DNA of 64,000 nucleotides from an uncultured Acidobacteriota bacterium (GTDB lineage: Bacteria; Acidobacteriota; Polarisedimenticolia; J045). Location of the stretch: NCBI GenBank assembly GCA_963702425.1, contig CAVPCQ010000033.1, forward strand, positions 1-64,000. The letters are read 5' to 3'. Of the stretch, positions 41,496-52,108 are shown piece after piece. The notes beneath the pieces are model-generated. The model did no database searches. It was not told where the DNA came from and saw only the letters and a list, made by a program, of their open reading frames with translations. The position numbers and the translations under genes were made by a program. Within the stretch, counting starts at the first letter, position 1. Every line of letters starts with the position of its first letter.

Positions 41496-43919
41496 ATGCG
41501 CCCCGCCAATGCCTCCGTCCGGATCGCGATCGCCCTCCTCGCCGGGGCGATCCTCGCGTACGAGATCGTCCTCCTGCGCATCTTCTCGTTCACGATCTGG
41601 CACCACTTCGCCTTCATGGTGATCAGCGTGGCGCTGCTCGGCGTGGCGGTCAGCGGCGTCGTGCTGCAGCTCGTCCCGCGCGCGTCCGAGCCGGCCCCGC
41701 GCCGCGCCGCGCAGTACGCGCTGGCGTTCGCCGGGCTCGCCGTGGCCGCGGTGGCGGTGATCGGCCGCCTGCCGCTCGATCCGACGCGGCTTGGCGACGG
41801 CGCCGGTCCGTGGGCGCTCCTGTTCGCCTACTACATCGCCCTGCTGCTGCCGCTGACCGCGGCCGGACTCGCGGTCGGTGCGCTGCTCAAGGGGTTCGCC
41901 GCGAGCGCCCCGGCGGTCTACGGCAGCGATCTGCTCGGAGCGGCCGCCGGTGCGGTGGCGGTGATGGCCCTGCTGGAGCCGCTCGGCGCGGAGGGGGTGG
42001 TGCTGCTCGTGGCGGCGGTCGCGTGCCTCGGGGCCGGGATCCTGCGCGCCGGGAGCGCTGGGGACCCCGGCGGCACCGGCGCTGGCAGTCCCCTGCGCGC
42101 GGCGGCGCCGTCACTGGCGGCCGCGCTCGCGTTGCTGGCAGCGATTCCCCTCGCCCCTTCGGTCTTCGACATCCGTCCCGGCCCCGCCAAGCTGCTCGGT
42201 GTCTGGCTGGCCGCGCCCGCCGCCGGCGCAATCGCCCCGCAGGTCGTCGCGACGCGCTGGAACGCCCTGGCCCGGGTCGACGTCGTCGAGAACATGCCGC
42301 CGGTCGCGTGGACCGTCAACCGGCGTGCGCCGGTGCAGCACGCGAGCGAAACGCTGCTGCTGCTCGATGGCGACGCCGCCACGCCGATCATCCCGTTCGG
42401 CGACGCCGCACCGTCGGAGATGGCGCTGCTCGACTGGACGCTCGGCTCGGCGGCGTATCAGCTGCTGCACCCGGAACGCGTCCTGATCATCGGCGCCGGG
42501 GGCGGCGTCGACGTCCTGACCGCGCTGCGCCACGGCGCACGCACCATCGACGCGGTGGAGATCAACGGGGCGGTGATCGACTTCGCACGCGGCCCGTTCG
42601 CCGCGCGCGGCGGGCGCCCCTTCGAGCGCCCGGGCGTGACGCTTCACGAGGCCGAGGGACGCGCTTTCGTGCGGCGCTCGAAGGACACCTTCGACCTCGT
42701 GCAGCTCTCGCTGATCGACACCTGGGCGGCCAGCGCATCGGGCGCCTACAGCCTGTCCGAGGGCTATCTCTACACGGTCGAGGCGCTCGGCGACGACCTC
42801 GCGCGCCTCGCGCCCGACGGCGCGCTGACCGTGACCCGCTGGGACTGGACGCCGCCGCGCGAGTCGCTGCGGCTGGTCGCCGTCGTCGACGAGGCGCTGC
42901 GCCGGCAGGGCGCGACCGACCCGGCGAAGCACCTGATCGTCTTCGGCCTCGGGCGGATGGCGAACCTCGTCGTCAAGAAGAGCCCCTTCACGCCCGAGGA
43001 GATCGCCCGCGCGCGGGCGCTGGCTGCGGAGCGCGGGTTCTTCGTCGTCTACGAGCCCGAGCGGCCGCCGGCGACCGCCTACGCCGCGTACCTGTCCGCG
43101 CCCGACCGCGGCGCCTTCGTGCGCGATTACCCGTTCGACATCTCACCGACCACCGACGACCGCCCGTTCTTCTTCCAGTTCGGGCGCTGGTCGAACCTCC
43201 GGCTCTTCGGCGCCGGTTGGAAGGACAACCCGCTGATCCTCTCCGGCCGGCTGGTGCTGGTCGCGGTGCTGCTGCAGGCACTCGTGCTGTCGCTGCCGCT
43301 GCTGCTGCTCGCGCTGCGGCGCGGAGCGGGCGCGGCCGGATCGTCCGCAGGCCCGGTCGCGGGCGCGGGCGCGATCGCCGCCTACTTCGCCGCGCTCGGC
43401 GTCTCCTTCATGCTGCTCGAGATCTCGCTGATGCAGCGCGTGACGCTGTTCCTCGGCAGCCCCGTGCTGGCCGCGGCGGTCGTGCTGGCCACGCTGCTCG
43501 CGGCGGCGGGCGCGGGGAGCCTGCTCGTGGCGCGACGGGCCGCGGTGCTGGCGAGCCCGTGGCCGATGATCGCCGCGATCGGGGGGCTGATCGGGCTCTA
43601 CGCCCTGGGCCTTCCGTTCCTGCTGCGTGCCGGGCTCGGCCTCGGCGACGCGGCACGCGTCATGCTGGCGGTCCTGCTCGTCGCGCCGCTCGGCGTCGCG
43701 CTGGGGGTGCCGTTTCCCGCGGCGCTGGCGCGGCTCGCGGCGCGCGGCGGGGCCACGGCGACCGGGCTGGCGTGGGCGGCGAACGGCGTCGGCTCGGTGC
43801 TCGGGCCGATTCTCGCGTCGCTGCTCGCGCTGGACATCGGCCTCTCCGGCGTGATGCTGCTCGCCGGCGCGGGGTACCTTGCTGCGGGAATCGTCATCGC
43901 GCGCTGGTGGCGCGCCTAA
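41496..43919 (+). CDS. Multi-TM protein with a central spermidine-synthase-like SAM-dependent domain
   Basis: N- and C-terminal TM bundles; VLIIGAGGGVD, AVEIN, AEGR, SEGYLYTVE, TDDRPFF. Confidence 0.85.
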   Translation: MRPANASVRIAIALLAGAILAYEIVLLRIFSFTIWHHFAFMVISVALLGVAVSGVVLQLVPRASEPAPRRAAQYALAFAGLAVAAVAVIGRLPLDPTRLGDGAGPWALLFAYYIALLLPLTAAGLAVGALLKGFAASAPAVYGSDLLGAAAGAVAVMALLEPLGAEGVVLLVAAVACLGAGILRAGSAGDPGGTGAGSPLRAAAPSLAAALALLAAIPLAPSVFDIRPGPAKLLGVWLAAPAAGAIAPQVVATRWNALARVDVVENMPPVAWTVNRRAPVQHASETLLLLDGDAATPIIPFGDAAPSEMALLDWTLGSAAYQLLHPERVLIIGAGGGVDVLTALRHGARTIDAVEINGAVIDFARGPFAARGGRPFERPGVTLHEAEGRAFVRRSKDTFDLVQLSLIDTWAASASGAYSLSEGYLYTVEALGDDLARLAPDGALTVTRWDWTPPRESLRLVAVVDEALRRQGATDPAKHLIVFGLGRMANLVVKKSPFTPEEIARARALAAERGFFVVYEPERPPATAYAAYLSAPDRGAFVRDYPFDISPTTDDRPFFFQFGRWSNLRLFGAGWKDNPLILSGRLVLVAVLLQALVLSLPLLLLALRRGAGAAGSSAGPVAGAGAIAAYFAALGVSFMLLEISLMQRVTLFLGSPVLAAAVVLATLLAAAGAGSLLVARRAAVLASPWPMIAAIGGLIGLYALGLPFLLRAGLGLGDAARVMLAVLLVAPLGVALGVPFPAALARLAARGGATATGLAWAANGVGSVLGPILASLLALDIGLSGVMLLAGAGYLAAGIVIARWWRA

Positions 43920-45352
43920 CGCGGCCCTTCTCCCGCCTCCACCGGCTCCAGCGCCAGCCACGGCGCGATGAAGTGCCGCGCGCGGTCGTACGCCTCGCAG
44001 ACCTCGGACGGCTGCCAGCCGTCGCGCTTGTCGCGCGCCGGCGGCAGGCCCCACTTGTCGCGGAAGCGACGCCAGTTGGCCTCGAGGATCTCGGCGTAGG
44101 CCCGCGGCTCGAGGGCGAAGCTCTGCGAGCCCTCGTGGTGGATGAAGACGTCGTCCGCGCGGTACGGCACCGCGCCGGACGACAGCAGCCGCACGCCCCA
44201 GTCGTCGTCCTCGAAGTTGCCGGGGAAGAAGCGCGGATCGAAGCCGCCAATCCGGCGCAGCGTCGCGCGCGGGATCATCAGGCACAGGCCGGTGAGCCGC
44301 ACGCACGGCGTCGCCTGCCCGCTCCGGCCGCGGGACAGCGCCTCGGCGAACGGCACGAGGCCGGACAGCGTCGTCTCGTCGTAGGTCACGCCGTCGAGCT
44401 TCTGCGGCCAGGTCACGCGGTTGGACAGCGGCCCGACCGCGCCGCACCGCGGCTTGACCAGGTGCGCCGCCAGCCGCGCCGCCCACTCCGGCGTGACGAC
44501 GGTGTCGGCGTTGAGGACGGCGACGATGTCGCCGCGCGCCGCCCCCAGCCCGCGGTTGACGCTCGCCGCGAAGCCGCGTTGCGCACGGTTCACGAGCAGG
44601 CGCACGCGGACGTCCTCGATTGCCAGGCGTTCCAGCAGCGGCAGCGAGCGATCGGGCGAAGCGTCGTCGATCAGGATCACCTCGAGCAGGCCGGCCGTGT
44701 GCTCGAGGACGCTCTCGACCAGCCGCACCACGAGCGGAGCGTGGCCGCGCACGGGGATCACCACGGAGACGCGCTCCGCGCCGCCGAAGATCGGCAGCTC
44801 GGCCAGCGCGCCGATCGCCTCCTCCCCGTCGCCGTCCGGGACGACGCGCACCGGCATCGCCGGCGAGCCGCCCGACAGCGGGTAGCGGCGATCGATGTCG
44901 GCCACGACCAGCGCGTCCGCCGCGGTCCACAGCGGCGCGGTCTCCGGCACGCCGGCCTCCGGCCCGATCTCGAGGTCGACCGGCGCCCCGGCCGCGACGT
45001 CGGCGAAGGCCTGCAGCAGCGGCCACTCTCCCGGCGCCAGTCGGGCGTAGATCCGCGCCAGCGACGAGCCGCCGGTCGCCATCCGCAGCAGCACCGCCGC
45101 CGCCGCCTGCGCGTCCCTCGACGAGCCGCGTGCGAATGACTCGCCCAGCACGCGCTCGGCCTCGATCACCGGCGCACGGTCGGAAAAGCTCTCGGCGACA
45201 CTCGCGGCGGTGCGCCCCGCCAGCGCGACGATCGCAACCGGTCCGGGCCAGCGGCGCGCCAGGGCCTGAGCGCGCCGCAGCGCCGGATCCGACTCTTCGC
45301 CGAACGCGCCGGTCAGGACGACGAGCGTCCCGGCCTCGCGCTCGAGGATCAC
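43916..45352 (-). CDS. Glycosyltransferase family 2 protein
   Basis: VSVVIP, ILIDDASPD, GFAASVNRG, LNADT, IGGFDPRF..GNFEDDD; GTGA overlap with the upstream gene. Confidence 0.88.
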   Translation of the reverse strand: MILEREAGTLVVLTGAFGEESDPALRRAQALARRWPGPVAIVALAGRTAASVAESFSDRAPVIEAERVLGESFARGSSRDAQAAAAVLLRMATGGSSLARIYARLAPGEWPLLQAFADVAAGAPVDLEIGPEAGVPETAPLWTAADALVVADIDRRYPLSGGSPAMPVRVVPDGDGEEAIGALAELPIFGGAERVSVVIPVRGHAPLVVRLVESVLEHTAGLLEVILIDDASPDRSLPLLERLAIEDVRVRLLVNRAQRGFAASVNRGLGAARGDIVAVLNADTVVTPEWAARLAAHLVKPRCGAVGPLSNRVTWPQKLDGVTYDETTLSGLVPFAEALSRGRSGQATPCVRLTGLCLMIPRATLRRIGGFDPRFFPGNFEDDDWGVRLLSSGAVPYRADDVFIHHEGSQSFALEPRAYAEILEANWRRFRDKWGLPPARDKRDGWQPSEVCEAYDRARHFIAPWLALEPVEAGEGPR

Positions 45353-46902
45353 CGGGCACCCGGGTCGAGCACCGTCACCGTCACCCCGCGCGCCTCGAGC
45401 AGTTCGCGCGCACCGCGCAGGAAGGTCGGCCAGCCGGGCTTCCCGTCGGCCGCGTCGAGGCCGGCCACGATCACCTCCGAGACCCCGAGCCAGTGCGCCC
45501 ACTGGAACGCCATCGCGGCGTCGCCCCCGGCCGGGAAGAACCCGACCTTCATGTCGTCCGACCAGCCGAGTGCCGGGCCGCCGGCGCGCTGCAGATCGAG
45601 CAGCGGGACCGTGGCTCGGGCGCGCGGCGCGAGTTCTGCCGGATCCAGCCGTTCGTCGTGCACGACGACGGCGCGGACCGCGGCCAACGCGGCGACCGCC
45701 TCCGGTGCGCGCGGCGGCTCGGCGAGGCAGACGTACTGCGCCAGGCCCATCCGCGCGGCGAGCCACGGGAGCGTCTCGGGCACGGCCAGCACGGCGGCCT
45801 CGGTCAGCAGGGCCGGGGAGAGCCTGTCGAGCCCTTGGACAGTCCCCAGCACGACCGCCCGCCCACCCGCGTGACGTCCGCGGTAGGCCTCCGGCGGGTG
45901 GCCGGCGGCGGTGGCCTGGGCGGGGACGGGGACGGGGGCGGGGGCCGGGGACTGGGGCGGGGGCGGGGGCCGGGGCGATCGCTGCCGCCGGGACCGACGC
46001 GGGGACGGGAGCGAGGCCACTCGGGGGCGGAGACGGCTCCGGCTCGGCCAGGGCAGTCAGAGCGGAGCCCGACCCGGCAGAAGCCTCCAGGAGGCCGGCC
46101 GGGTGGGGCCCGACATCGACCCCGGAGCGGACCTCGATCGGAACGATCCGCGGGGCCGTAGCGGGGGGCGGGAGGTGCAGGGCGGTCGGCGGGCCGAGGT
46201 TCGTCACCGTCGAGGCGAAAGTCGATTTGACCTCGGTCCATTCTCTTTTTTCTGGCTCCGACTCGCCGAAAGAAATCGCCAATGACCCGGGGTCGCCGTC
46301 CGGATGGCCGTACGGTGACGGGGGAGCGGGGGGGGGGACGCGGGTGGCGTCGGATCCGGGGAGGGGGCGGAACGGCGTTCGTGTTCCCGGCGCCGTCCCA
46401 GCAGGCCCGCCAGGTCGGTCATCCGGGAGAACAGGGCCGGCGCAGCCGAGGCGCGCAGCCGCCCCGGTCCCTCGTACCAGTCGGACAGAACGTCCACGCT
46501 GAAAAGCCCCGCCCGCAGCAGCGTCGGGCGGCGCTCCGAGAGGGCCGTGATCCCTTCGACCCAGGTCCAGGAGGCGGGGTCCTCCCCGCTTGTCAGCGGC
46601 GGCGGCGCGACCCGCGGGTCGAGATCGACGAGGAGGGTCGGGACCGGGGTGGAGGTCAGGCACCCGGAGGGGGCGAGCAGCACCTCTGCGCCCTCGTGCT
46701 GGACGAGGGCGTCGATGAACGGTGCGGGCAGCCGGGTTCCGTCGCGCACCGGGTAGACGAAGACGTCGAGACCCGGCGGCAGGACCGCCGCGGTCGCTTG
46801 CCCGAAGGCGACGACGCGCGTCGTCCCCGGCGGGAGGGCCGCAAGCAGGGCCCCCAGGCCGTAGGCCGATGCCGGGTCGGGAACGATCGCCAGCAGTTTC
46901 AC
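45349..46902 (-). CDS. Multi-domain protein with a Pro-rich linker and a C-terminal Maf/DUF115-like domain (two frameshifts)
   Basis: GTG start after a GGGGAGG RBS; C-terminal YRGRHAGGRAVVLG...AMAFQWAHWLGVSEVIVAGLD resembles Maf/MptE-like domains. Confidence 0.5.
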
Positions 46903-47169
46903 ACCGCCTCCCCTCTCGTCCGGAGCCCGGGCCCGCACTGGCGGGGGGTCCGCAGGCCGGCCCGGCCGTCGGCCGGACCGGCTCTCGCGGAGCCGCCTGA
47001 GGGCATGGCTCCGAGGGCTCCTTGTGCAATCTCCATGCTCAGCCGGGGCGCCGCAAGCGCCTGATCGGCGGCGGCCGGGCGGCGACCCGGCGACGGCCCG
47101 CCGCCGGCCTGCCGCCGCCCGCGGCACCCCGTGTCGGTCCGTTGACGCGCTGGATGTGCGCTCGGTGCT

Positions 47170-48165
47170 ATGTTCGCCACGATGCGGGGCGTGCTGCTTT
47201 CCGTCGAAGACCTCGGTGTCGAGTTCCCGCGCGAGGGGGGTTCCGTCCGCGCCGCGAGCGGGGTCTCTTTCGCGATCGGCACCGGCGAGACGGTTGCGCT
47301 GGTCGGCGAGTCGGGCTGCGGCAAGTCGGCCACCGCGCTGGCTCTCTTCCGCCTCGTGCCGGCGCCCGGACAGATCACCTCCGGCCGCGTCGTCTTCGAG
47401 GGAACCGACCTGCTCCCCCTGCCGGACGCGGAGATCCGCCGCTTCCGCGGGGCCGGCCTGGCATGGGTACCGCAGGAGCCCGGGACGGCGCTCAACCCGG
47501 TGCTCACCGTCGGCTCGCAGGTCGTCGACGTGATCCGGGCGCACCGCGCGGTGCCGAAGCGCGAGGCGTGGGGGGAAGCGGTCGAGCTGCTGCGCCGCGT
47601 CGGGATCCCCGACCCTGCGCAGCGGGCGCGTGAGTACCCTCACCAGTACTCGGGCGGGATGAAGCAGCGCGCGCTGATCGCGATGGCGCTCTCGGCGCGC
47701 CCGAAGCTGCTCGTCGCCGATGAGCCGACGACCGCGGTCGATCCGACGCTGAAACTCGGGATCCTCGACCTGCTGCGCGAGTTGCGCGACGAAAGAGGGC
47801 TCTCGATCCTCCTGATCACCCACGACATGGGGGCCGTGGCGGCGCTCGCCGACCGCGTGCTCGTGATGTACGCCGGGCGGATCGTCGAGGAGGCGGGGGT
47901 GGACGCCCTGTTCGCCGACCCTCGCCACCCCTACACCCGCGGCCTGCTCGCCAGCGTGCCGCGGGTCGACATCGCGCGCGGGGCGCTGCCCACGATCCCC
48001 GGGACGGTTCCCGACCTCGCGCACCTGCCGCCCGGCTGCGCGTTCCACCCGCGCTGCCCGCTGGCCGAGGCGGCGTGCCGGGCCGCCGTCCCGGAACTCG
48101 CCGCGGACCGGAGCGGCCGCCGGGTGGCCTGCATCGTCGCGCACCGCGAGACGGTGGCCCGATGA
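47170..48165 (+). CDS. oppD: Oligopeptide/dipeptide ABC transporter ATP-binding subunit (OppD/DppD)
   Basis: GESGCGKS, YPHQYSGGMKQR, ADEPT, PRHPYT, GCAFHPRC. Confidence 0.9.
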   Translation: MFATMRGVLLSVEDLGVEFPREGGSVRAASGVSFAIGTGETVALVGESGCGKSATALALFRLVPAPGQITSGRVVFEGTDLLPLPDAEIRRFRGAGLAWVPQEPGTALNPVLTVGSQVVDVIRAHRAVPKREAWGEAVELLRRVGIPDPAQRAREYPHQYSGGMKQRALIAMALSARPKLLVADEPTTAVDPTLKLGILDLLRELRDERGLSILLITHDMGAVAALADRVLVMYAGRIVEEAGVDALFADPRHPYTRGLLASVPRVDIARGALPTIPGTVPDLAHLPPGCAFHPRCPLAEAACRAAVPELAADRSGRRVACIVAHRETVAR

Positions 48166-49280
48166 CTGGCCCGCTGCTCGGCCCGCAGCACGACCCACTG
48201 CTCGAGGTGCGGGGACTGGTGAAGTGCTTCGGCGGCGGCGGCGGCGGGCTGTTCGTGCGTGGCGGGCCCGGGGTCCGCGCCGTCGACGGTGTCGACCTGA
48301 CGGTCGGGCGCGGCGAGATCGTCGGGTTGGTCGGCGAGTCCGGCTCGGGGAAGACGACGCTGGGCCGGACGATCCTGCGCCTGACGGAGCCCGACGAGGG
48401 CTCGATCACCTTCGACGGGATCGACATCCGGGCGCTCGGGAGCCGCGACCTGCGCCGGCTGCGGCGGCGGATGCAGATCGTCTTCCAGGACCCCGGGGCC
48501 GCGCTGAACCCGCGGATGCGGGTGAAGAGCCTGGTCGGCGAGCCGCTGGTCATCCACGCCGAGAGGTGGGGCGAGGCGCGGGGACGGGCGCTCGAGGAAC
48601 GGGTCGCGTCCCTGCTCGAGGAAGTCGGCCTCGAGCGCGACGCGATGCACCGCCGTCCGAACGAGTTCTCGGGCGGCCAGAAGCAGCGGATCGGGATCGC
48701 CCGCGCGCTCGCCCTGCGGCCCGACTTCCTGGTCTGCGACGAGCCGGTCTCGGCGCTCGACGTCTCGGTGCAGGCCCAGATCGTCAACCTGTTGGTCGAC
48801 CTCCAGCGCCGCCACGGGATGGCCTACCTCTTCATCGCCCACGACCTGGCCCTGGTCGGCCACCTCTGCGACCGGATCGCCGTGATGTACCTCGGCCGGA
48901 TCATCGAGGAGGGGCCGGCGGCCGCGCTCGCGGCCCGCCCGCTCCACCCCTACACCCAGGCCCTGTTCGCCTCGTCCCCCCCGCCCGACCCGGAGATCGC
49001 GCGCCGGATCCGGATGCCGATCCCGGGCGAGATGCCGCCGCCGTCGGAACTCCCCGCCGGCTGCCGCTTTCACCCCCGCTGTCCGCTCGCGGTCGAGCGC
49101 TGCCGGACCGAACCGCCCGCCCTCCGGGAGGTGACCGCTCGACACCGCGCGGCCTGCCACCGGTCGGAAGAGTTGCTGGCCGGGGCAACCCTTTTTCCCC
49201 GCGATGCGTCATCGTCTCCGTCAGCCGTACCCGGAACCGCGGGGCGCCCGACCCGTGGTCCGGGCCCGGCCAGCCCTTGA
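48162..49280 (+). CDS. oppF: Oligopeptide/dipeptide ABC transporter ATP-binding subunit (OppF/DppF)
   Basis: GESGSGKT, MQIVFQDP, FSGGQKQRIGIARAL, DEPVSALDVS, GCRFHPRC. Confidence 0.9.
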   Translation: MTGPLLGPQHDPLLEVRGLVKCFGGGGGGLFVRGGPGVRAVDGVDLTVGRGEIVGLVGESGSGKTTLGRTILRLTEPDEGSITFDGIDIRALGSRDLRRLRRRMQIVFQDPGAALNPRMRVKSLVGEPLVIHAERWGEARGRALEERVASLLEEVGLERDAMHRRPNEFSGGQKQRIGIARALALRPDFLVCDEPVSALDVSVQAQIVNLLVDLQRRHGMAYLFIAHDLALVGHLCDRIAVMYLGRIIEEGPAAALAARPLHPYTQALFASSPPPDPEIARRIRMPIPGEMPPPSELPAGCRFHPRCPLAVERCRTEPPALREVTARHRAACHRSEELLAGATLFPRDASSSPSAVPGTAGRPTRGPGPASP

Positions 49281-49299
49281 TCTCAGGAGAGAGCGTCCC

Positions 49300-50973
49300 A
49301 TGAACGTCCCGAAGTCCCTCGCCCCCCTGTTCGTTGCAGGCGTTCTCGCCGCGGTTGCCCCCGTCACGCTCTCCCAGGAGGCCGGGCCGGCGCCTCTCCG
49401 GCTCTCGCTGGGGGAAGCGGTGGCCCAGGCGATCGAGCGCAATCTCGACCTGAAGGTCCAGCGGCTCGATCCGCCGCAGGTGGAGCAGTCGATCACGTTC
49501 GCCGAGTCGGCATTCGATCCGAGCTTCAACGCGACGGCGGGCTACAACTACCGCAAGCAGGAGCCGGTGACCGATTTCCAGGCGCTCTCCTCGGAGGGTT
49601 GGGACGTCGGGGCTCAGTGGTACAACCCGATCTCGTGGGGTGGCAACTACTCCCTGGACTTCGCCTATCGGGAGGACTCGGCCACGTACAGCCCCCTCGC
49701 CATCGCGCGATTCGGCCTGGTGCCGGACGACTACAACGGCTCGATGATCTTCACGTACAACCAGCCGCTGCTGCGCAACTTCGGACTGTCGATCAACCGC
49801 ACCGCCATCGAGCAGACGAAGAACAACCTCAAGATCAGCGAGCAGCAACTGATCACGGGACTCCTGACGACGGTGAACCTGGTCGAGCAGTCGTACTGGA
49901 ACCTGGTCGGCGCGCGCCGCCAGGTCGAGGTTTCGAAGTCGTCGCTCGCGCTGGCAGAGGACCTGCTGCGGCAGACCAAGATCAAGGTCGAGGTCGGGAC
50001 GGTCGCGCCGATCGAGGTCACCACGGCCGAGGCCGAGGTGGCCGCACGGCAGGAGTCGGTGATCTCGTTCACTGGCCTCGTGGGCAACTCCGAGGACCAG
50101 CTTCGCCGCCTGATCAACGTCCCGGTGGAGTCGCCGGACTGGAACCGGCCGATTCTGCCGACCGACCAGCTGGCGTTCGAGAAACCGTCGTTCAACATCG
50201 AGGTACTGATCGACACGGCGATGAAGAACCGGCCGGAACTGGCCGCGGCGGACCTGCAGAAACAGAACCTCGAGCTGGAGGAGCGCTATCGCGACAACCA
50301 GCTCAAGCCCGACCTGACCGCGCAGTTCTCGTACGGGACGTTCGGGAACAACTACAGTCGCGGCAAGCAGGCGGTGACGGGGACGCCTCCCGGGATCGAT
50401 ACGTACTACTGCGACCCCGATAACTCGCCCGTACTCTGCGGCAGGCCCTTCGAGCCCGTTACCGTGAAGGTCGACGCCCTCACCTACGACTCGCGCAGCG
50501 AGCTCTTCCAGGAGATCGGAACCACCGACAACAACTCCTGGCGTGTCGGCCTCTTCCTCGGTATCCCGGTCGGCAACCGTGCGGCCAAGTCCCAGTACGC
50601 GCGCACGAAGATCGCCCTCGACCAGCAGCAGCTGAGCATCGAGGCCGAGCGCGAGCGGATCCGCGTCGAGGTCCGGCAGGCGGTGCGCGACATCGAGACC
50701 GCGGCGGAGCGGATCGCGGCCGCGCGGTCCAACGTCGCGCTGCAGAAGAAGAAGGTCGAGGCCGAGCAGAAGCGCTACGAGAATGGCCTCTCGATCGCCT
50801 TCCGCGTGGTCCAGACGCAGGAGGACCTGCGCGACGCCGAGACCCGCGAGAACCTCTCGATGATCGACTACAACAAGAGCGTCTCCTACCTCGCGCGCGT
50901 CACCGGCACCCTGCTCTCCGAGCGCGGCATCAACCTCGAGCAGGCGATGCAGGGAACGACGGGCGCGCGCTAG
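49300..50973 (+). CDS. TolC-family outer membrane protein
   Basis: Signal peptide; LSLGEAVAQAIERN, YNQPLLRNFG, AMKNRPEL, KRYENG; RBS AGGAG. Confidence 0.88.
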   Translation: MNVPKSLAPLFVAGVLAAVAPVTLSQEAGPAPLRLSLGEAVAQAIERNLDLKVQRLDPPQVEQSITFAESAFDPSFNATAGYNYRKQEPVTDFQALSSEGWDVGAQWYNPISWGGNYSLDFAYREDSATYSPLAIARFGLVPDDYNGSMIFTYNQPLLRNFGLSINRTAIEQTKNNLKISEQQLITGLLTTVNLVEQSYWNLVGARRQVEVSKSSLALAEDLLRQTKIKVEVGTVAPIEVTTAEAEVAARQESVISFTGLVGNSEDQLRRLINVPVESPDWNRPILPTDQLAFEKPSFNIEVLIDTAMKNRPELAAADLQKQNLELEERYRDNQLKPDLTAQFSYGTFGNNYSRGKQAVTGTPPGIDTYYCDPDNSPVLCGRPFEPVTVKVDALTYDSRSELFQEIGTTDNNSWRVGLFLGIPVGNRAAKSQYARTKIALDQQQLSIEAERERIRVEVRQAVRDIETAAERIAAARSNVALQKKKVEAEQKRYENGLSIAFRVVQTQEDLRDAETRENLSMIDYNKSVSYLARVTGTLLSERGINLEQAMQGTTGAR

Positions 50974-51004
50974 GCCCGGGGATCGGGGCGCGCCGGGGCC
51001 GACC

Positions 51005-51655
51005 GTGTCCGCGCCCGTCGGGGGCTGGGTCGGCGCCTTTCTCGCGGCGGTCGCGGTCCTCGCGACGGTGGCGATCGTCGTGATCCTCGAGCGGGCCCGG
51101 GTGCTCCTCGCCGGGCCCCGCCCCCCGTCGGACGAGGCCTGCCGGGAGCGGGCCGCGGCGGTCGGCCGCCTTTTGAAAGATGGTCAAACCGCGGCGGCCG
51201 TGTCCCGGGGCCGGGAAGCGGGCCCGGGCCCGGCGGCCCTCGCCGGTGCCGCCTCCGCCGCGTGGACCGCCTCGGACGACGCCCTCCACGGCCGGCTGGA
51301 AGCGGTGGCCGGGCGGGAGATCGGCCGGCTCGAGCGCGGCGTCTGGCTGCTCGCGCTCGTCGCTAATCTCGCGGCGCTCCTGGGTTACTTCGGCGCCATC
51401 GCCGCGATGCTCGACGCGTTTTCGCTGCTCTCGGCGGCCGGGCTGGAGAAGCCGGAGCTGCTCGGCACGCTGATCCGGCGCGCGCTCTTCGCGACCTTCA
51501 CGGGGCTCGCCGTCGCGGCGCCGGCGCTCGTCGCCTACAGCGTCTTCACGGCGCGCGTCGCGGCCCGCGTGCGCGAGCTCGAGACCTGGGCCGAAGCGCT
51601 CTTTTCCGCACACGCCGCGGGGTTCCGCGAATTGACACCCCCCGTCGCCGGTTGA
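51005..51655 (+). CDS. MotA/TolQ/ExbB proton-channel family protein (divergent)
   Basis: Three TM segments; VILER, LERGV, ALLGYFG, ALFATFTGLAVAAPALVAY. Confidence 0.7.
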   Translation: MSAPVGGWVGAFLAAVAVLATVAIVVILERARVLLAGPRPPSDEACRERAAAVGRLLKDGQTAAAVSRGREAGPGPAALAGAASAAWTASDDALHGRLEAVAGREIGRLERGVWLLALVANLAALLGYFGAIAAMLDAFSLLSAAGLEKPELLGTLIRRALFATFTGLAVAAPALVAYSVFTARVAARVRELETWAEALFSAHAAGFRELTPPVAG

Positions 51656-51661
51656 TAGCAT
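51632..51661 (+). promoter_or_regulatory. Sigma70-type promoter for the nuo operon
   Basis: TTGACA-N18-TAGCAT about 65 bp upstream of nuoA. Confidence 0.55.
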
Positions 51662-51726
51662 CCAAAGCCTTGTCAGCGTGGATTTTGGGCGCTTCCCCTC
51701 CACTCCACCTAAGGAACCCTCGTCCC

Positions 51727-52107
51727 ATGGTGCTGACCGACAACACCTTCGCGCTGCTCGTCCTGTTGCTGCTGGCGATCGCGATCCCGGGCGGCATCCT
51801 GGTGGCTTCGGCGCTGCTCGGGCGGCCGAAGATCCGGACCACCGACCTGACGCCCTACGAGTGCGGCAGCCGGCTGTTCGAGTCGGCCCGGCACCCCTTC
51901 TCGGTGAAGTTCTACCTGATCGCGATGCTCTTCATCCTGCTCGACATCGAAGCGGTGTTCCTCTACCCCTGGGCAGTCGAGCTGAAGAACCAGGTCGGGA
52001 CGGCGGGCGCGGTCTTCGTACTGGTCGAGATGCTGGTCTTCATCGCCATCCTGGTCGCCGGCTTCGCTTACGCCTGGGGCCGCGGCGCGCTCGACTGGGA
52101 CCGCTGA
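51727..52107 (+). CDS. nuoA: NADH-quinone oxidoreductase subunit A
   Basis: PYECG, FSVKFYLIAMLFILLDIEAVFLYPWA, GALDW. Confidence 0.95.
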   Translation: MVLTDNTFALLVLLLLAIAIPGGILVASALLGRPKIRTTDLTPYECGSRLFESARHPFSVKFYLIAMLFILLDIEAVFLYPWAVELKNQVGTAGAVFVLVEMLVFIAILVAGFAYAWGRGALDWDR

Positions 52108-52108
52108 G

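Noticed and set aside
41295-43919. 874-aa PIN-spermidine synthase fusion as a real protein
   Set aside because: The PIN portion lacks its N-terminal half, and the membrane protein more plausibly starts at ATG 41496
45905-45980. G-rich tract as a G-quadruplex or regulatory repeat
   Set aside because: It is the antisense of a Pro-Ala linker within a coding region
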